Assembly (NCBI GenBank): GCA_030747485.1
Contig: JASLKP010000002.1
Coordinates: 18,602 to 82,601 of the forward strand
DNA length: 64,000 bases
Reading direction: 5' to 3'
From: Candidatus Thalassarchaeaceae archaeon
GTDB taxonomy: Archaea; Thermoplasmatota; Poseidoniia; Poseidoniales; Thalassarchaeaceae
Shown here: in pieces, positions 39,218 to 48,300 of the stretch
How positions within the stretch are numbered: the first letter of the stretch is position 1
How the letters are laid out: each line of letters opens with the position of its first letter
Program-made: the position numbers and the translations under genes
Notes under the pieces: model-generated
Database searches by the model: none
What the model saw: the letters and a program-made list of their open reading frames with translations, nothing else
Told to the model about the DNA's origin: nothing

Positions 39218-40041
39218 TGCCTGAATTACCTGAAGTCGAAACCGTGTGCAAGGGATTGTCGGCCTATCTTACCGGAAAACGAATTGTTCAACTTGAATTG
39301 AATCGAAACGATTTACGTTTCCCGTTCCCGGATGATTTGAAATCTGTAGAAGATCGAGCAATTCTCGATATTCATCGTCGTGCGAAGTACATATTGATTC
39401 GATTGGAAGATGATTTGACAATGCTCGTGCATCTCGGGATGTCTGGTCGATTTAGATTCCATGAACATCCTGTGGCACATGAGAAGCACGATCACGTGAT
39501 TATTCACCTCAATGATGGTTCAGTCGCCATATACACTGACCCTCGCAGATTCGGAGTCATTGACCTCATTCACGAAGAAGACAATCACAAGTTGCTCAAC
39601 CACCTCGGTCCAGAACCATTGTCCACATTGTGGAATGGAGATGTATTATTGAAATCTCTCAGAGGACGCAAAGTCTCAATCAAATCAGCTCTGATGAATC
39701 AAAAAATTGTCGTTGGTGTCGGGAATATCTACGCTAGTGAAGTACTATTCTTGGCGAAAGTAAGTCCGAATCGGAAGGCCTGCAATATCAGTCTACCACA
39801 AGCAAATAGAATCCATACTGCAACCGTACAGATTCTACAAGATGCAATTGCTGCAGGTGGTTCCACTCTTCGTGACGGTCAATTCACTGACATCGAAGGA
39901 GAATTAGGTTATTTTCCGCACCAATTCGCTGTCTATGACCGCGAGGGGCTTGAATGTGTCAACCCAAATTGCACTGAATTAGTGAAGAAATCAGTCCATC
40001 TGGGTCGTTCAACCTATCATTGTACAGCCTGTCAGCGTTAA
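39217..40041 (+). CDS. mutM: Formamidopyrimidine-DNA glycosylase (Fpg/MutM family)
   Basis: Catalytic N-terminus MPELPEVE, an H2TH region and a C-terminal zinc finger CVNPNC...CTAC. The ATG overlaps the fibrillarin TGA (TGATG). Confidence 0.85.
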   Translation: MPELPEVETVCKGLSAYLTGKRIVQLELNRNDLRFPFPDDLKSVEDRAILDIHRRAKYILIRLEDDLTMLVHLGMSGRFRFHEHPVAHEKHDHVIIHLNDGSVAIYTDPRRFGVIDLIHEEDNHKLLNHLGPEPLSTLWNGDVLLKSLRGRKVSIKSALMNQKIVVGVGNIYASEVLFLAKVSPNRKACNISLPQANRIHTATVQILQDAIAAGGSTLRDGQFTDIEGELGYFPHQFAVYDREGLECVNPNCTELVKKSVHLGRSTYHCTACQR

Positions 40042-40153
40042 AAACGTGATACTGCGTAGAAGTTTTGTAAATTGAACCAGGTGTAGTAAATTACACCGGC
40101 TAGCAAAAAAACCCCGAAAAACAGCCATTTTCAGTTGTTCCCCATAGGTCTCC

Positions 40154-40161
40154 TTTAAATA
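40154..40161 (+). promoter_or_regulatory. Possible TATA box upstream of the MIP-like gene
   Basis: TTTAAATA lies 52-59 nt upstream of ATG 40213. Confidence 0.3.
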
Positions 40162-40212
40162 CTGACCGAGGGAGGCGGCACCGCTCGATACTTTAGAGCA
40201 GGATATGAAAAT

Positions 40213-40821
40213 ATGACGGATGGAATTGACCAAAAAGGTGCGTTGGCTGAGCTTGTAGGTAGCCTAGCAGTAACGCTCCTTGTATTTGGAGAAACAGGAT
40301 GGGACCACGGTACAGCAGCACAGGCTGGTGCCGCCGGTGTAGCATTGGCAATCATGTGGATGACCTTTAAGGGGTCTGAAATTTTGCCAATCCTAACAAT
40401 CGGAAATATGGCCTCTGGAAGAACTGACTGGCAAACGGGTGCACTGAACTTCTGCATGCAGGTCCTTGGGGCCCTTATCGCATCAGGCGTACTCTTCTGG
40501 CAGGCATCACAGGCTGAGGGAAGTGTTTTCTCAGCAGGTGATGAGTTGGGCGCAACCGGTGCAGTCACTGCATTGCTCGGTGGTTTCCTGATGATGACGG
40601 TATGGGATCGCCTCGGCGGCGGTTGGGAATCTGGTGCTTTTGCAGCAATTCTCGTTCTCGCTGGTGTAACCCTTGCCTCAGCTAGCAGCCTCGGCGGCAT
40701 GATTGTCGAGTCTGGCTGGACTCAGGACAACTTCGTGAACATTCTAGGTACACTGATTGTTGGTGGTATTGGTTCAGCCGGTGCACTAATGCTTAGTGAC
40801 GAATTGTTCGAAGAAGAGTGA
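40213..40821 (+). CDS. MIP/aquaporin-family-like membrane protein lacking both NPA boxes
   Basis: Collinear with the bona fide aquaporin at 44715-45380: LTIGNMASGRTDWQTG vs ITIGMMASKRMDSKTG. GGHVNPA is replaced by GSEILPI, and GAAMNPARW by GGMIVESGW. Confidence 0.55.
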   Translation: MTDGIDQKGALAELVGSLAVTLLVFGETGWDHGTAAQAGAAGVALAIMWMTFKGSEILPILTIGNMASGRTDWQTGALNFCMQVLGALIASGVLFWQASQAEGSVFSAGDELGATGAVTALLGGFLMMTVWDRLGGGWESGAFAAILVLAGVTLASASSLGGMIVESGWTQDNFVNILGTLIVGGIGSAGALMLSDELFEEE

Positions 40822-40852
40822 AGCCTTTTCTGGCAACTTCAAGATGACACAC

Positions 40853-40901
40853 GGGTGATCCGTGGGGCGGCTTTCGCTGCCCCCGGGTCACCCTTTTTTT
40901 T
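40853..40901 (+). terminator. Intrinsic-terminator-like hairpin plus T8 tract
   Basis: Imperfect ~16-bp GC-rich stem GGGTGATCCGTGGGGCGGC-TTTC-GCTGCCCCCGGGTCACCC, followed by TTTTTTTT (40894-40901), 32 nt after the stop at 40821. Confidence 0.6.
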
Positions 40902-40944
40902 GTCAAATCTAATCCTCATCGTTCAAGAACCGTGGGCTTAACCG

Positions 40945-41691
40945 ATGTACATGGAGTTCCCAGTCACATTCTGGGGAATCCCTGCCCATCTTGTCTTTGA
41001 GTTGCTTGGATATGTCATTGGATTTACCCTTCTGATGAGGGAACGTCGACTTCACGGAGACACGGTTGATAGTGAGAATCGTGCATGGCTGATTTTCGCA
41101 GCATTGTTGGGTGCTCTTTTCGGTGCTAGGTTACTTGCTCTGCTTGAACATTCAAATCAGATTGGTGGAGATGTCCCCATTCTATTCGTTGGTGGAAAGA
41201 CAATCGTGGGTGGTTTGCTTGGAGGAACCATTTCCATTGAAATCGCAAAGAAATTTCTCGGCATTACTACCCGAACCGGCGATGTCTACGTCACGCCATT
41301 GATTGCCTCCATGGCCATTGGCAGAATCGGTTGCTTCCTCACTGGACTAGATGATGGTACACATGGATTCCATACCGATTTACCATGGGGTGTGGATTTT
41401 GGTGACGGTGCTCGCCATCCAACACAATTGTACGGGATTCTTGCACTCGGGGCGATTTGGTTGATTCTTGAAAAATTAGATACACCAATCGTCGGTCAAC
41501 GTTTTCAGATGTTCATGATTTTCTATCTAATCTGGCGAATCTTCGTTGATACAATCAAGGATACAACACCAGTACATTTCATCGGATTAACACCGATTCA
41601 ATGGGCTTGTATCCTCGGTTTGGTGTGGTTCTTTACGTACGGACGTCCGGGTGAACGTTCAATAAGTAAGGTGGATGGACTACTGTCATGA
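40945..41691 (+). CDS. lgt: Prolipoprotein diacylglyceryl transferase (Lgt)-like membrane protein
   Basis: GGKTIVGGLLGG and GRIGCFLTGLDDGTHG...LPWGVDF...RHPTQLYG match the Lgt signature (GRxGNFxN...PW...RHPSQLYE). Polytopic. Confidence 0.7.
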   Translation: MYMEFPVTFWGIPAHLVFELLGYVIGFTLLMRERRLHGDTVDSENRAWLIFAALLGALFGARLLALLEHSNQIGGDVPILFVGGKTIVGGLLGGTISIEIAKKFLGITTRTGDVYVTPLIASMAIGRIGCFLTGLDDGTHGFHTDLPWGVDFGDGARHPTQLYGILALGAIWLILEKLDTPIVGQRFQMFMIFYLIWRIFVDTIKDTTPVHFIGLTPIQWACILGLVWFFTYGRPGERSISKVDGLLS

Positions 41692-43190
41692 GTGGCAAGG
41701 TACGTGATTACCTGTTTTACGACACGGCCACCAGTGTTTGCTCAGATTGTCTCCGCAGAACGGATGGCAAAATCATCATTCAGGAACACAACGTATTCAT
41801 GGACAAAATGTGTTACTCCTGTGGGAAGCGCGAAAAGGTCCTGATTTCAGATGATGCTGAATACTATCGTCGCTGCCGTGAGGTGTTCGTCAAACCAAGC
41901 GAAATGCCAGAGCGATGGAATACCCCAATGAAATATGGCTGCCCCTATGATTGCGGACTTTGTCCTAGTCACGAGCAACATTCTTGTTTGTCAATCATTG
42001 AAATCACAGATCACTGTAATCTTCGCTGTCCAGTCTGTTATGCAGATAGTGGTCCTCATCGAAAGCAGGATTATCGCTCGCTAGAACACATCATTGAGAT
42101 GTTAGATGCCGTTGTCGCCAATGAGCTTGAGCCCGATGTGATTCAAATCTCTGGCGGGGAACCGACCATTCACCCTGACTTTTTCAGAATACTGGATGAG
42201 GTCAAAGCACGTCCTGTTCAGCACCTAATGGTCAATACAAATGGTCTACGGATTGCACAAGAGCCGGAGTTTGCAGAGCGTTTAGCATCCTACAAGCCAG
42301 GATTTGAAATCTATTTGCAATTTGATAGTCTTGAGAAGGAACCGCTGATGAGATTACGTGGAGCAGACTTGCGAGAATCACGCCGAAAGGCATTGGAAAA
42401 TCTTGAGGCTCACAACATCTCAACCACACTCGTAGTGACGCTACAGAAGGGCCTCAACGATCATGAAATTGGTTCCATCATTGAGCACGCGCTCTCATGG
42501 AATTGCATTCGCGGGGTAACCTTCCAACCCATTCAGGAGGCCGGACGTCACGAGGATTACGACGTGTCACGTGACCGTTTAACCCTCTCCGAGGTCAGAC
42601 GAATGATTGGTGAACAATCTGACATTTTTGAAATCGATGATATGCTTCCAGTTCCTTGTCATCCAGATGCAATCGCCATGGCATATGCCATGCGAGTGGG
42701 TGAAACAACGATTCCACTCACCCGTTACATCGAAGATGATGTGCTCTTGGCAGGTCCACGTTCAACAATTCAGTTTGAGAAGGATGAAATTTTGAGACAG
42801 AACATTCTCGGTTTGCTTTCGACAGCACATAGTCCAGATTCAGCAAGTCATTCGCTTGCTCAACTTCTCTGTTGTTTGCCTGAACTAGAAGTGCCAACCG
42901 AATTTTCCTATGACAATGTGTTCCGCATCATCATCATGGATTTCATCGATGCACATTCCTTTGATTTGCGGAGTATCAAGAAAACCTGTGTACACATCGT
43001 TAGCCCAGACTTGCGATTGATTCCATTTGACACATACAACATGTTCTATCGTGGTGCATTGGAAGATACCGTTCTCGCCCCAATTCGTGAAGAACTTGCT
43101 CTCGCAGGAATGGCACTTTTAACTAAAGAAGAAAAACAGCAACTGAACGGTAAGTTGCCGATGATCGAAGGAGAGGTTGCCGATGAATGA
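41688..43190 (+). CDS. Radical SAM enzyme with N-terminal rubredoxin-like Cys knuckles and an auxiliary cluster motif (COG1964 / Tes-GDGT-MAS-like)
   Basis: CSDC...CYSC, then CPYDCGLCPSHEQHSC, then the radical SAM CNLRCPVC and a GGEPT SAM-binding motif. The ATG overlaps the lgt-like stop (ATGA). Confidence 0.8.
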   Translation: MSGKVRDYLFYDTATSVCSDCLRRTDGKIIIQEHNVFMDKMCYSCGKREKVLISDDAEYYRRCREVFVKPSEMPERWNTPMKYGCPYDCGLCPSHEQHSCLSIIEITDHCNLRCPVCYADSGPHRKQDYRSLEHIIEMLDAVVANELEPDVIQISGGEPTIHPDFFRILDEVKARPVQHLMVNTNGLRIAQEPEFAERLASYKPGFEIYLQFDSLEKEPLMRLRGADLRESRRKALENLEAHNISTTLVVTLQKGLNDHEIGSIIEHALSWNCIRGVTFQPIQEAGRHEDYDVSRDRLTLSEVRRMIGEQSDIFEIDDMLPVPCHPDAIAMAYAMRVGETTIPLTRYIEDDVLLAGPRSTIQFEKDEILRQNILGLLSTAHSPDSASHSLAQLLCCLPELEVPTEFSYDNVFRIIIMDFIDAHSFDLRSIKKTCVHIVSPDLRLIPFDTYNMFYRGALEDTVLAPIREELALAGMALLTKEEKQQLNGKLPMIEGEVADE

Positions 43191-43974
43191 CGATAACCAG
43201 CAAACCTTGTTCTCGGGAACCACGGCCACACTTTCTGGTGGCGTTGATCAAACCGTACACACAACGGCCCCCGACAACGTCCAGTTCGTGATGGGTCCTG
43301 ATGGCCAGATGGTTGCTATTCAGAAGGAACCATTCGTTTGGAAGCAATTTTTCATTGGGCTTATAATCCCGATCTTGCTTTTACTCGTACCTTCAATGAC
43401 AATGATCACCATCGAAGGCATCTACTACTCAAAATATGAATATCGGGATGAAGTTGTGTTGATGACCCAAGTCAACAACACAACTGAACATACTGGTTAT
43501 TTTGAAGTGCCAAGTGGGTACGATGTACATTGGTGTCACGTCGATTTCTATGACAATGGGTCTTTACACGATCCAGACCGTTATGATTGTAGCACATTTG
43601 AGGGGGACGGCGACAAAACGATTGCAATCGAGATCTACTTCGAGCGGGAATGGGATGACATCGAAGTTGTCGGTACTTGGACTGCCTCAAATGGAACTGT
43701 GTATTTTGACGATGGTGATCATCATAATTCTTCGTTTGCGGTTATCTTTCAAATCGACAACGAGCCAGAAGAAATGGATGATTTTTATTGGACATTACAG
43801 GGTTTGTACCCAATCTGTTGTTTGCTCGCACCATTATCTGGAATTGGTCTAGCAGTCTACGGTTTTTCAGCCGCTAAGAGATCACTTGGAATCGGTGCAC
43901 TAACTGCATTGGCAGCTGGTCCTATTTTGACGATTTTTGCTTGTATAGGCATGATGCTTTTGTATGGTTTTTGA
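43183..43974 (+). CDS. Hypothetical membrane protein (GPDGQMVA-motif family, paralog A)
   Basis: FVMGPDGQMVAIQKEPFVWKQFFIGLIIPI, then a TM, an extracytoplasmic insert and C-terminal TMs with SGIGLAVYG. Overlaps the radical SAM stop (alternative ATG at 43177). Confidence 0.55.
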   Translation: MNDDNQQTLFSGTTATLSGGVDQTVHTTAPDNVQFVMGPDGQMVAIQKEPFVWKQFFIGLIIPILLLLVPSMTMITIEGIYYSKYEYRDEVVLMTQVNNTTEHTGYFEVPSGYDVHWCHVDFYDNGSLHDPDRYDCSTFEGDGDKTIAIEIYFEREWDDIEVVGTWTASNGTVYFDDGDHHNSSFAVIFQIDNEPEEMDDFYWTLQGLYPICCLLAPLSGIGLAVYGFSAAKRSLGIGALTALAAGPILTIFACIGMMLLYGF

Positions 43975-43982
43975 TGATTTAG

Positions 43983-44624
43983 ATGCGTGATTATTCCGAG
44001 ATGACAGTTGCCGAACTCAAGTTCCTGTTGAAGGCTGAAGGCTTGCGTGTATCAGGCAATAAGGCTGAACTCATTGAACGACTTGAATCACATTCAAGAG
44101 AATCAAATCCTGAACCCTCTTCGGACGATAAATACGAAATTACCTGTGAATCCTGTCATACGATTCTGAGAGTACCTCACGCATATTCTGGGGGCGTTAC
44201 TTGCCCGAAATGTTTCACCAAAACCCAAGTCACCAGTCAAGTCAACGCCTCTAATTTGTCTGGAATGGCCTCTGATGATCATTCAAATGATTTTCAACAA
44301 GCATCTGAAGATTACGATTTTGTTGTAGGTCCCGATGGTCAAATGGTTGCCGTCAAGAAGACTTCCGGCCAATTTCTTTGGACGCATTATTTCGCAGGGT
44401 TGATCATTCCAATCGTCATCTTCTTTTCTTCTATACCACTCGCCGAGGCAGAAGAAGCCGTATGTTGGTTGGGGCCAAGTAGTGGTGTCGGACTTGCGGT
44501 ATTTGGTCTTGCCACGGGACGTCCGGGTCTTGCATCTGGAGCCTTTACGGGAATCGTGATTCTTCCAACGATTTTCGTGATTGGTTGTTTCCTATTAGTA
44601 TGCGGTCCAATGATGGTGGCATAA
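43983..44624 (+). CDS. SAP-domain / zinc-ribbon membrane protein (GPDGQMVA-motif family, paralog B)
   Basis: N-terminal SAP-like MTVAELKFLLKAEGLRVSGNKAELIERL. Zn ribbon CESC...CPKC. FVVGPDGQMVAVKK...FAGLIIPI and SGVGLAVFG are shared with the upstream ORF. Confidence 0.6.
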   Translation: MRDYSEMTVAELKFLLKAEGLRVSGNKAELIERLESHSRESNPEPSSDDKYEITCESCHTILRVPHAYSGGVTCPKCFTKTQVTSQVNASNLSGMASDDHSNDFQQASEDYDFVVGPDGQMVAVKKTSGQFLWTHYFAGLIIPIVIFFSSIPLAEAEEAVCWLGPSSGVGLAVFGLATGRPGLASGAFTGIVILPTIFVIGCFLLVCGPMMVA

Positions 44625-44714
44625 TCTGAATGTGAGGTCACAACTCCAATCTTTTCCGCATGATTGATAGTCGGTCGTCATTGCGTTGCCGACATCCCAA
44701 GGGGTGTCAATCAC

Positions 44715-45380
44715 ATGTCAGAAAATCTTCAATCGAAATTAATTGCCGAAGCCATTGCTACATTTGCCTTAACATTCATCGGTGCTGGTGCGATTTGGGT
44801 CGGTGGTGATTTACTGACCGTCGCAATTGCGCATGGTCTGATTTTATCGGTCATGGTCACTGCAACGATGAACATCTCAGGTGGCCATGTGAATCCGGCC
44901 ATTACAATCGGAATGATGGCTTCAAAGCGCATGGATTCAAAGACGGGTGGCGCATACATCGCCGCTCAACTTGGTGGTGCCATCCTTGCTGGGGCCATTC
45001 TGTACAGTCTAGGTGGTGGTGGTGCTGGAACTCCGGCACCCCAAGAGTTCGAAGGCTCAATGGTCTCAACTCAATCAGCGATTCTCGTTGAAGCGGTCCT
45101 AACCTTCCTTTTGATGACTGCAATCATGGGTACTGCAGTCGATGGTCGCGCCCCTGCTGGAATTGCTGGTTTTGGTATCGGTTTGACCGTGACAGTCGAC
45201 ATTCTGATGGGTGGTCCATTGACTGGTGCTGCAATGAATCCAGCACGTTGGGCAGGCACATGGGTGTTTGGTGATATGGAGAATAATATCGATCTCATCA
45301 TCTACACTGTCGGTCCAATTCTAGGTTCACTATTGGGGGTCTTGCTGTGGGACAAGATGATGGACGCATCCGACGAATAA
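44715..45380 (+). CDS. Aquaporin / MIP channel
   Basis: Two NPA boxes (SGGHVNPAITIG and GAAMNPARW) and six hydrophobic helices. Confidence 0.9.
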   Translation: MSENLQSKLIAEAIATFALTFIGAGAIWVGGDLLTVAIAHGLILSVMVTATMNISGGHVNPAITIGMMASKRMDSKTGGAYIAAQLGGAILAGAILYSLGGGGAGTPAPQEFEGSMVSTQSAILVEAVLTFLLMTAIMGTAVDGRAPAGIAGFGIGLTVTVDILMGGPLTGAAMNPARWAGTWVFGDMENNIDLIIYTVGPILGSLLGVLLWDKMMDASDE

Positions 45381-48300
45381 TCACATATTTCGTCGGTATT
45401 GTCCACCGACTTCAAACAGAGCCTCAGTGATTTGTCCAAGGCTTGCCACTTTGACGGTCTCCATCAGTTCAGCAAAGACATTCCCACCAGAACGAGCGAC
45501 ATCTTGCAAGCGTGACAATGCCTCAGGTGTCTGCTTTGCGTGCGTCTTGTGGAATTGGGCAAGGCGGGATAAACACCCTTGTTTTTCTTCAGGAGTGGCT
45601 CTGGCCAATTCCATATCGAAATCATCTGCATTTGATTCATCAAACGCAATTGCGTTCGGATTTTCAAAGAAGTTGACTCCCGTAATTGGCAATTCTCCAG
45701 AATGCTTCTGTTCTTCATAGTATAATGATTCATCTTGGATCTTACCGCGTTGATACATGGTCTCCATTGCTCCAAGAACGCCACCACGCTCTGCGATTCT
45801 CTCAAATTCTGTGAGAACTGCTTCTTCGACCAAATCTGTCAACTCATCAACGATGAATGAACCCTGAAGTGGATTTTCGGTCTTGGTCCATCCACTCTCT
45901 TTGTTGACGATTAATTGGACTGCCAATGCTCTGCGAACACTTTCCTCAGTCGGTGTCGTAATCGCCTCATCGTATGCGTTCGTATGTAGGCTATTGGCTT
46001 GATCTTGCACAGCCAATAGTGCTTGTAGCGTGGTTCGGATGTCATTGAAATCAATTTCTTGAGCGTGTAAAGAACGACCCGATGTCTGAATGTGATACTT
46101 CAGTTTCTGCGAGCGCTCGTTACCACTGTACAAATCACGCATGGCCACAGCCCAAATACGGCGGGCTACGCGGCCGATGACTGTGTATTCAGGGTCGAGG
46201 CCATTGGAGAAGAAGAAGGAGAGATTTGGTGCGAATGCATCGATGTCCATTCCGCGACTTCGATAGTATTCAACGTAGGTGAAACCGTTTGCAAGCGTAA
46301 ATGCCAGTTGACTAATCGGATTAGCTCCAGCCTCAGCAATATGGTATCCCGAGATACTGACTGAGTAGTGGTTTCGTATTCCTTGATCAATGTAGAATTG
46401 TTGAACATCTCCCATCAATTTCAAACTGAATTCAGTTGAGAAAATACAGGTATTCTGCGCTTGGTCTTCTTTGAGAATATCCGCTTGAACCGTGCCCCGA
46501 ACAGTCTGCATAGTTGTTGTAGAAATCTGTTCATATTCAGTCTCGCTAGGTGGTCGGCCATTTTCATCTTGGAATTTCGCAACCTGCTGTCGAATGGCTG
46601 CATTGAAGAACATCGCTAGAATGATTGCTGCGGGCCCATTGATGGTCATGGATACACTTGTATTCGGGTCACACAAATCAAAACCATCGAACAACGTACT
46701 AATCTCATCTACCGTGTAGATGCTGACACCCGATTCACCAACCTTGCCATAGATATCTGGTCGAGTATGCGGGTCGCGACCATAGAGTGTCACACTGTCA
46801 AAAGCCGTTGAGAGTCTAGCGTAATCTTCGCCCTCACTCAGGTAATGGAATCGCTTGTTGGTTCGTGCAGCAGGTCCTTCACCAGCAAACATTCGGGTGG
46901 GCAACTCGTCCGCTCGCTTGAAGGGGAAAACTCCAGCGGTGTAGGGGAACGTTCCAGGTACGTTTTCTCTTCGTAGCCATCCAAGAAGGTCACCTGCATC
47001 AGCAAAGTTTGGTAGAGCCACTCTAGGAATGGCTGAATGTGCCAATGATTCGGTGGTGGTATCCACTGAAAAGTCACGCCCTCGAACTTGGTAGGTGTAG
47101 GTCCCTGTGCGGTATTGTTTAGCCCGCTCTTCGTATTCTGCAATCATTTTCCATGCCATTGGATGGATGGTATTGCGTACATCTTCTGCCTGAATACGAA
47201 TGTCAGCGACTGCACTTGCTGCTCCCGTGGAGAGTGTACTTCCTGTACCATCAGCAAGGCTTGCCATATGTGCAGCAGTTGCTTCCAATTGCTGAACCAA
47301 ACGTACCTTCTGTGACATCTCATTGGTTCTCTCATGATAATCACGAACGGTGCGAGAAATATCAGCGAGGTAGTGTATCCTTTCTGGCGGAATGATATGA
47401 TTGGGTTCTGGCATTCCAGATTCGGGTAATTCGGGCTCTCGAGCAGCAAGAATCATGCCTTTTCGATCGGCGAGAATTCCGGCCAGTCGCTCCCATAGTA
47501 AATCGACCCCAGGGTCAGAAAATTGGTTCGCAATGGTGGGAATGACAGGCAATGCAGCATCTTCCATGTCAAACAGATTACGATTACGTTTCACTTGTTT
47601 TCTAATGGCACGTAGGGCATCTTCAGCTCCTCGCTTTTCGAATTTATTGAGAATCACTAAGTCAGCCACATCCAGCATCTCAATCTTCTCAAGTTGTGTA
47701 TGTGCACCAAATTCACTGGTCATCACATACAGGCTAATGTCGCTAACATCGGTGACTGCATCGCTGCCTTGTCCGATTCCACTGGTTTCAACAAAGATGA
47801 GGTCATAACCTACTGCCTGGCAAACTTCGATGGCCTCACGAGTCTTATCTGACAGTTCCTTACCGCTACTTCGACTTGCTAGACTTCGCATGAACAATTG
47901 ATCACTGGCAAGTGTATTCATGCGAATTCGATCTCCAAGCAAAGCGCCACCCGTACGTTTTCGAGTTGGATCAGTACAGAGCATTGCAACATTGAGATTG
48001 GGATTTTGTGAGGTGATTCGACGCATCAATTCATCGAGTAAACTGGATTTCCCAGCACCTCCTGTTCCTGTGAAACCAATTACTGGTGCTCTTGTCTCAA
48101 TGGGTTGGGAGCGACAATTCTTGAGAAGTTGAGCAAAGGTCACAGGGTCGGCATTTTCTGCATAACTAATCAAACGAGCCACTTTCTCCCGATTTGAAGT
48201 GGTCACTGGCCCATTCAGTTGCATGTTGTCTCCGCCGAGTAAATTGCATTGAGCCGCTTGTTCAACGAGATCATCAATCATCCCAAGTAGTCCCATTTTT

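Noticed and set aside
40009-40233. 74-aa minus-strand ORF spanning the fpg / MIP-like intergenic region
   Set aside because: It overlaps the ends of two supported genes and has no motifs. The region instead contains a TATA-like element and a GGTGTA-GTAAAT-TACACC hairpin.
40155-40700. 181-aa ORF antisense to the MIP-like gene
   Set aside because: Its Pro/Ala/Arg-rich composition is typical of the reverse frame of a GC-rich membrane gene. The sense ORF has clear homology to the aquaporin at 44715-45380.
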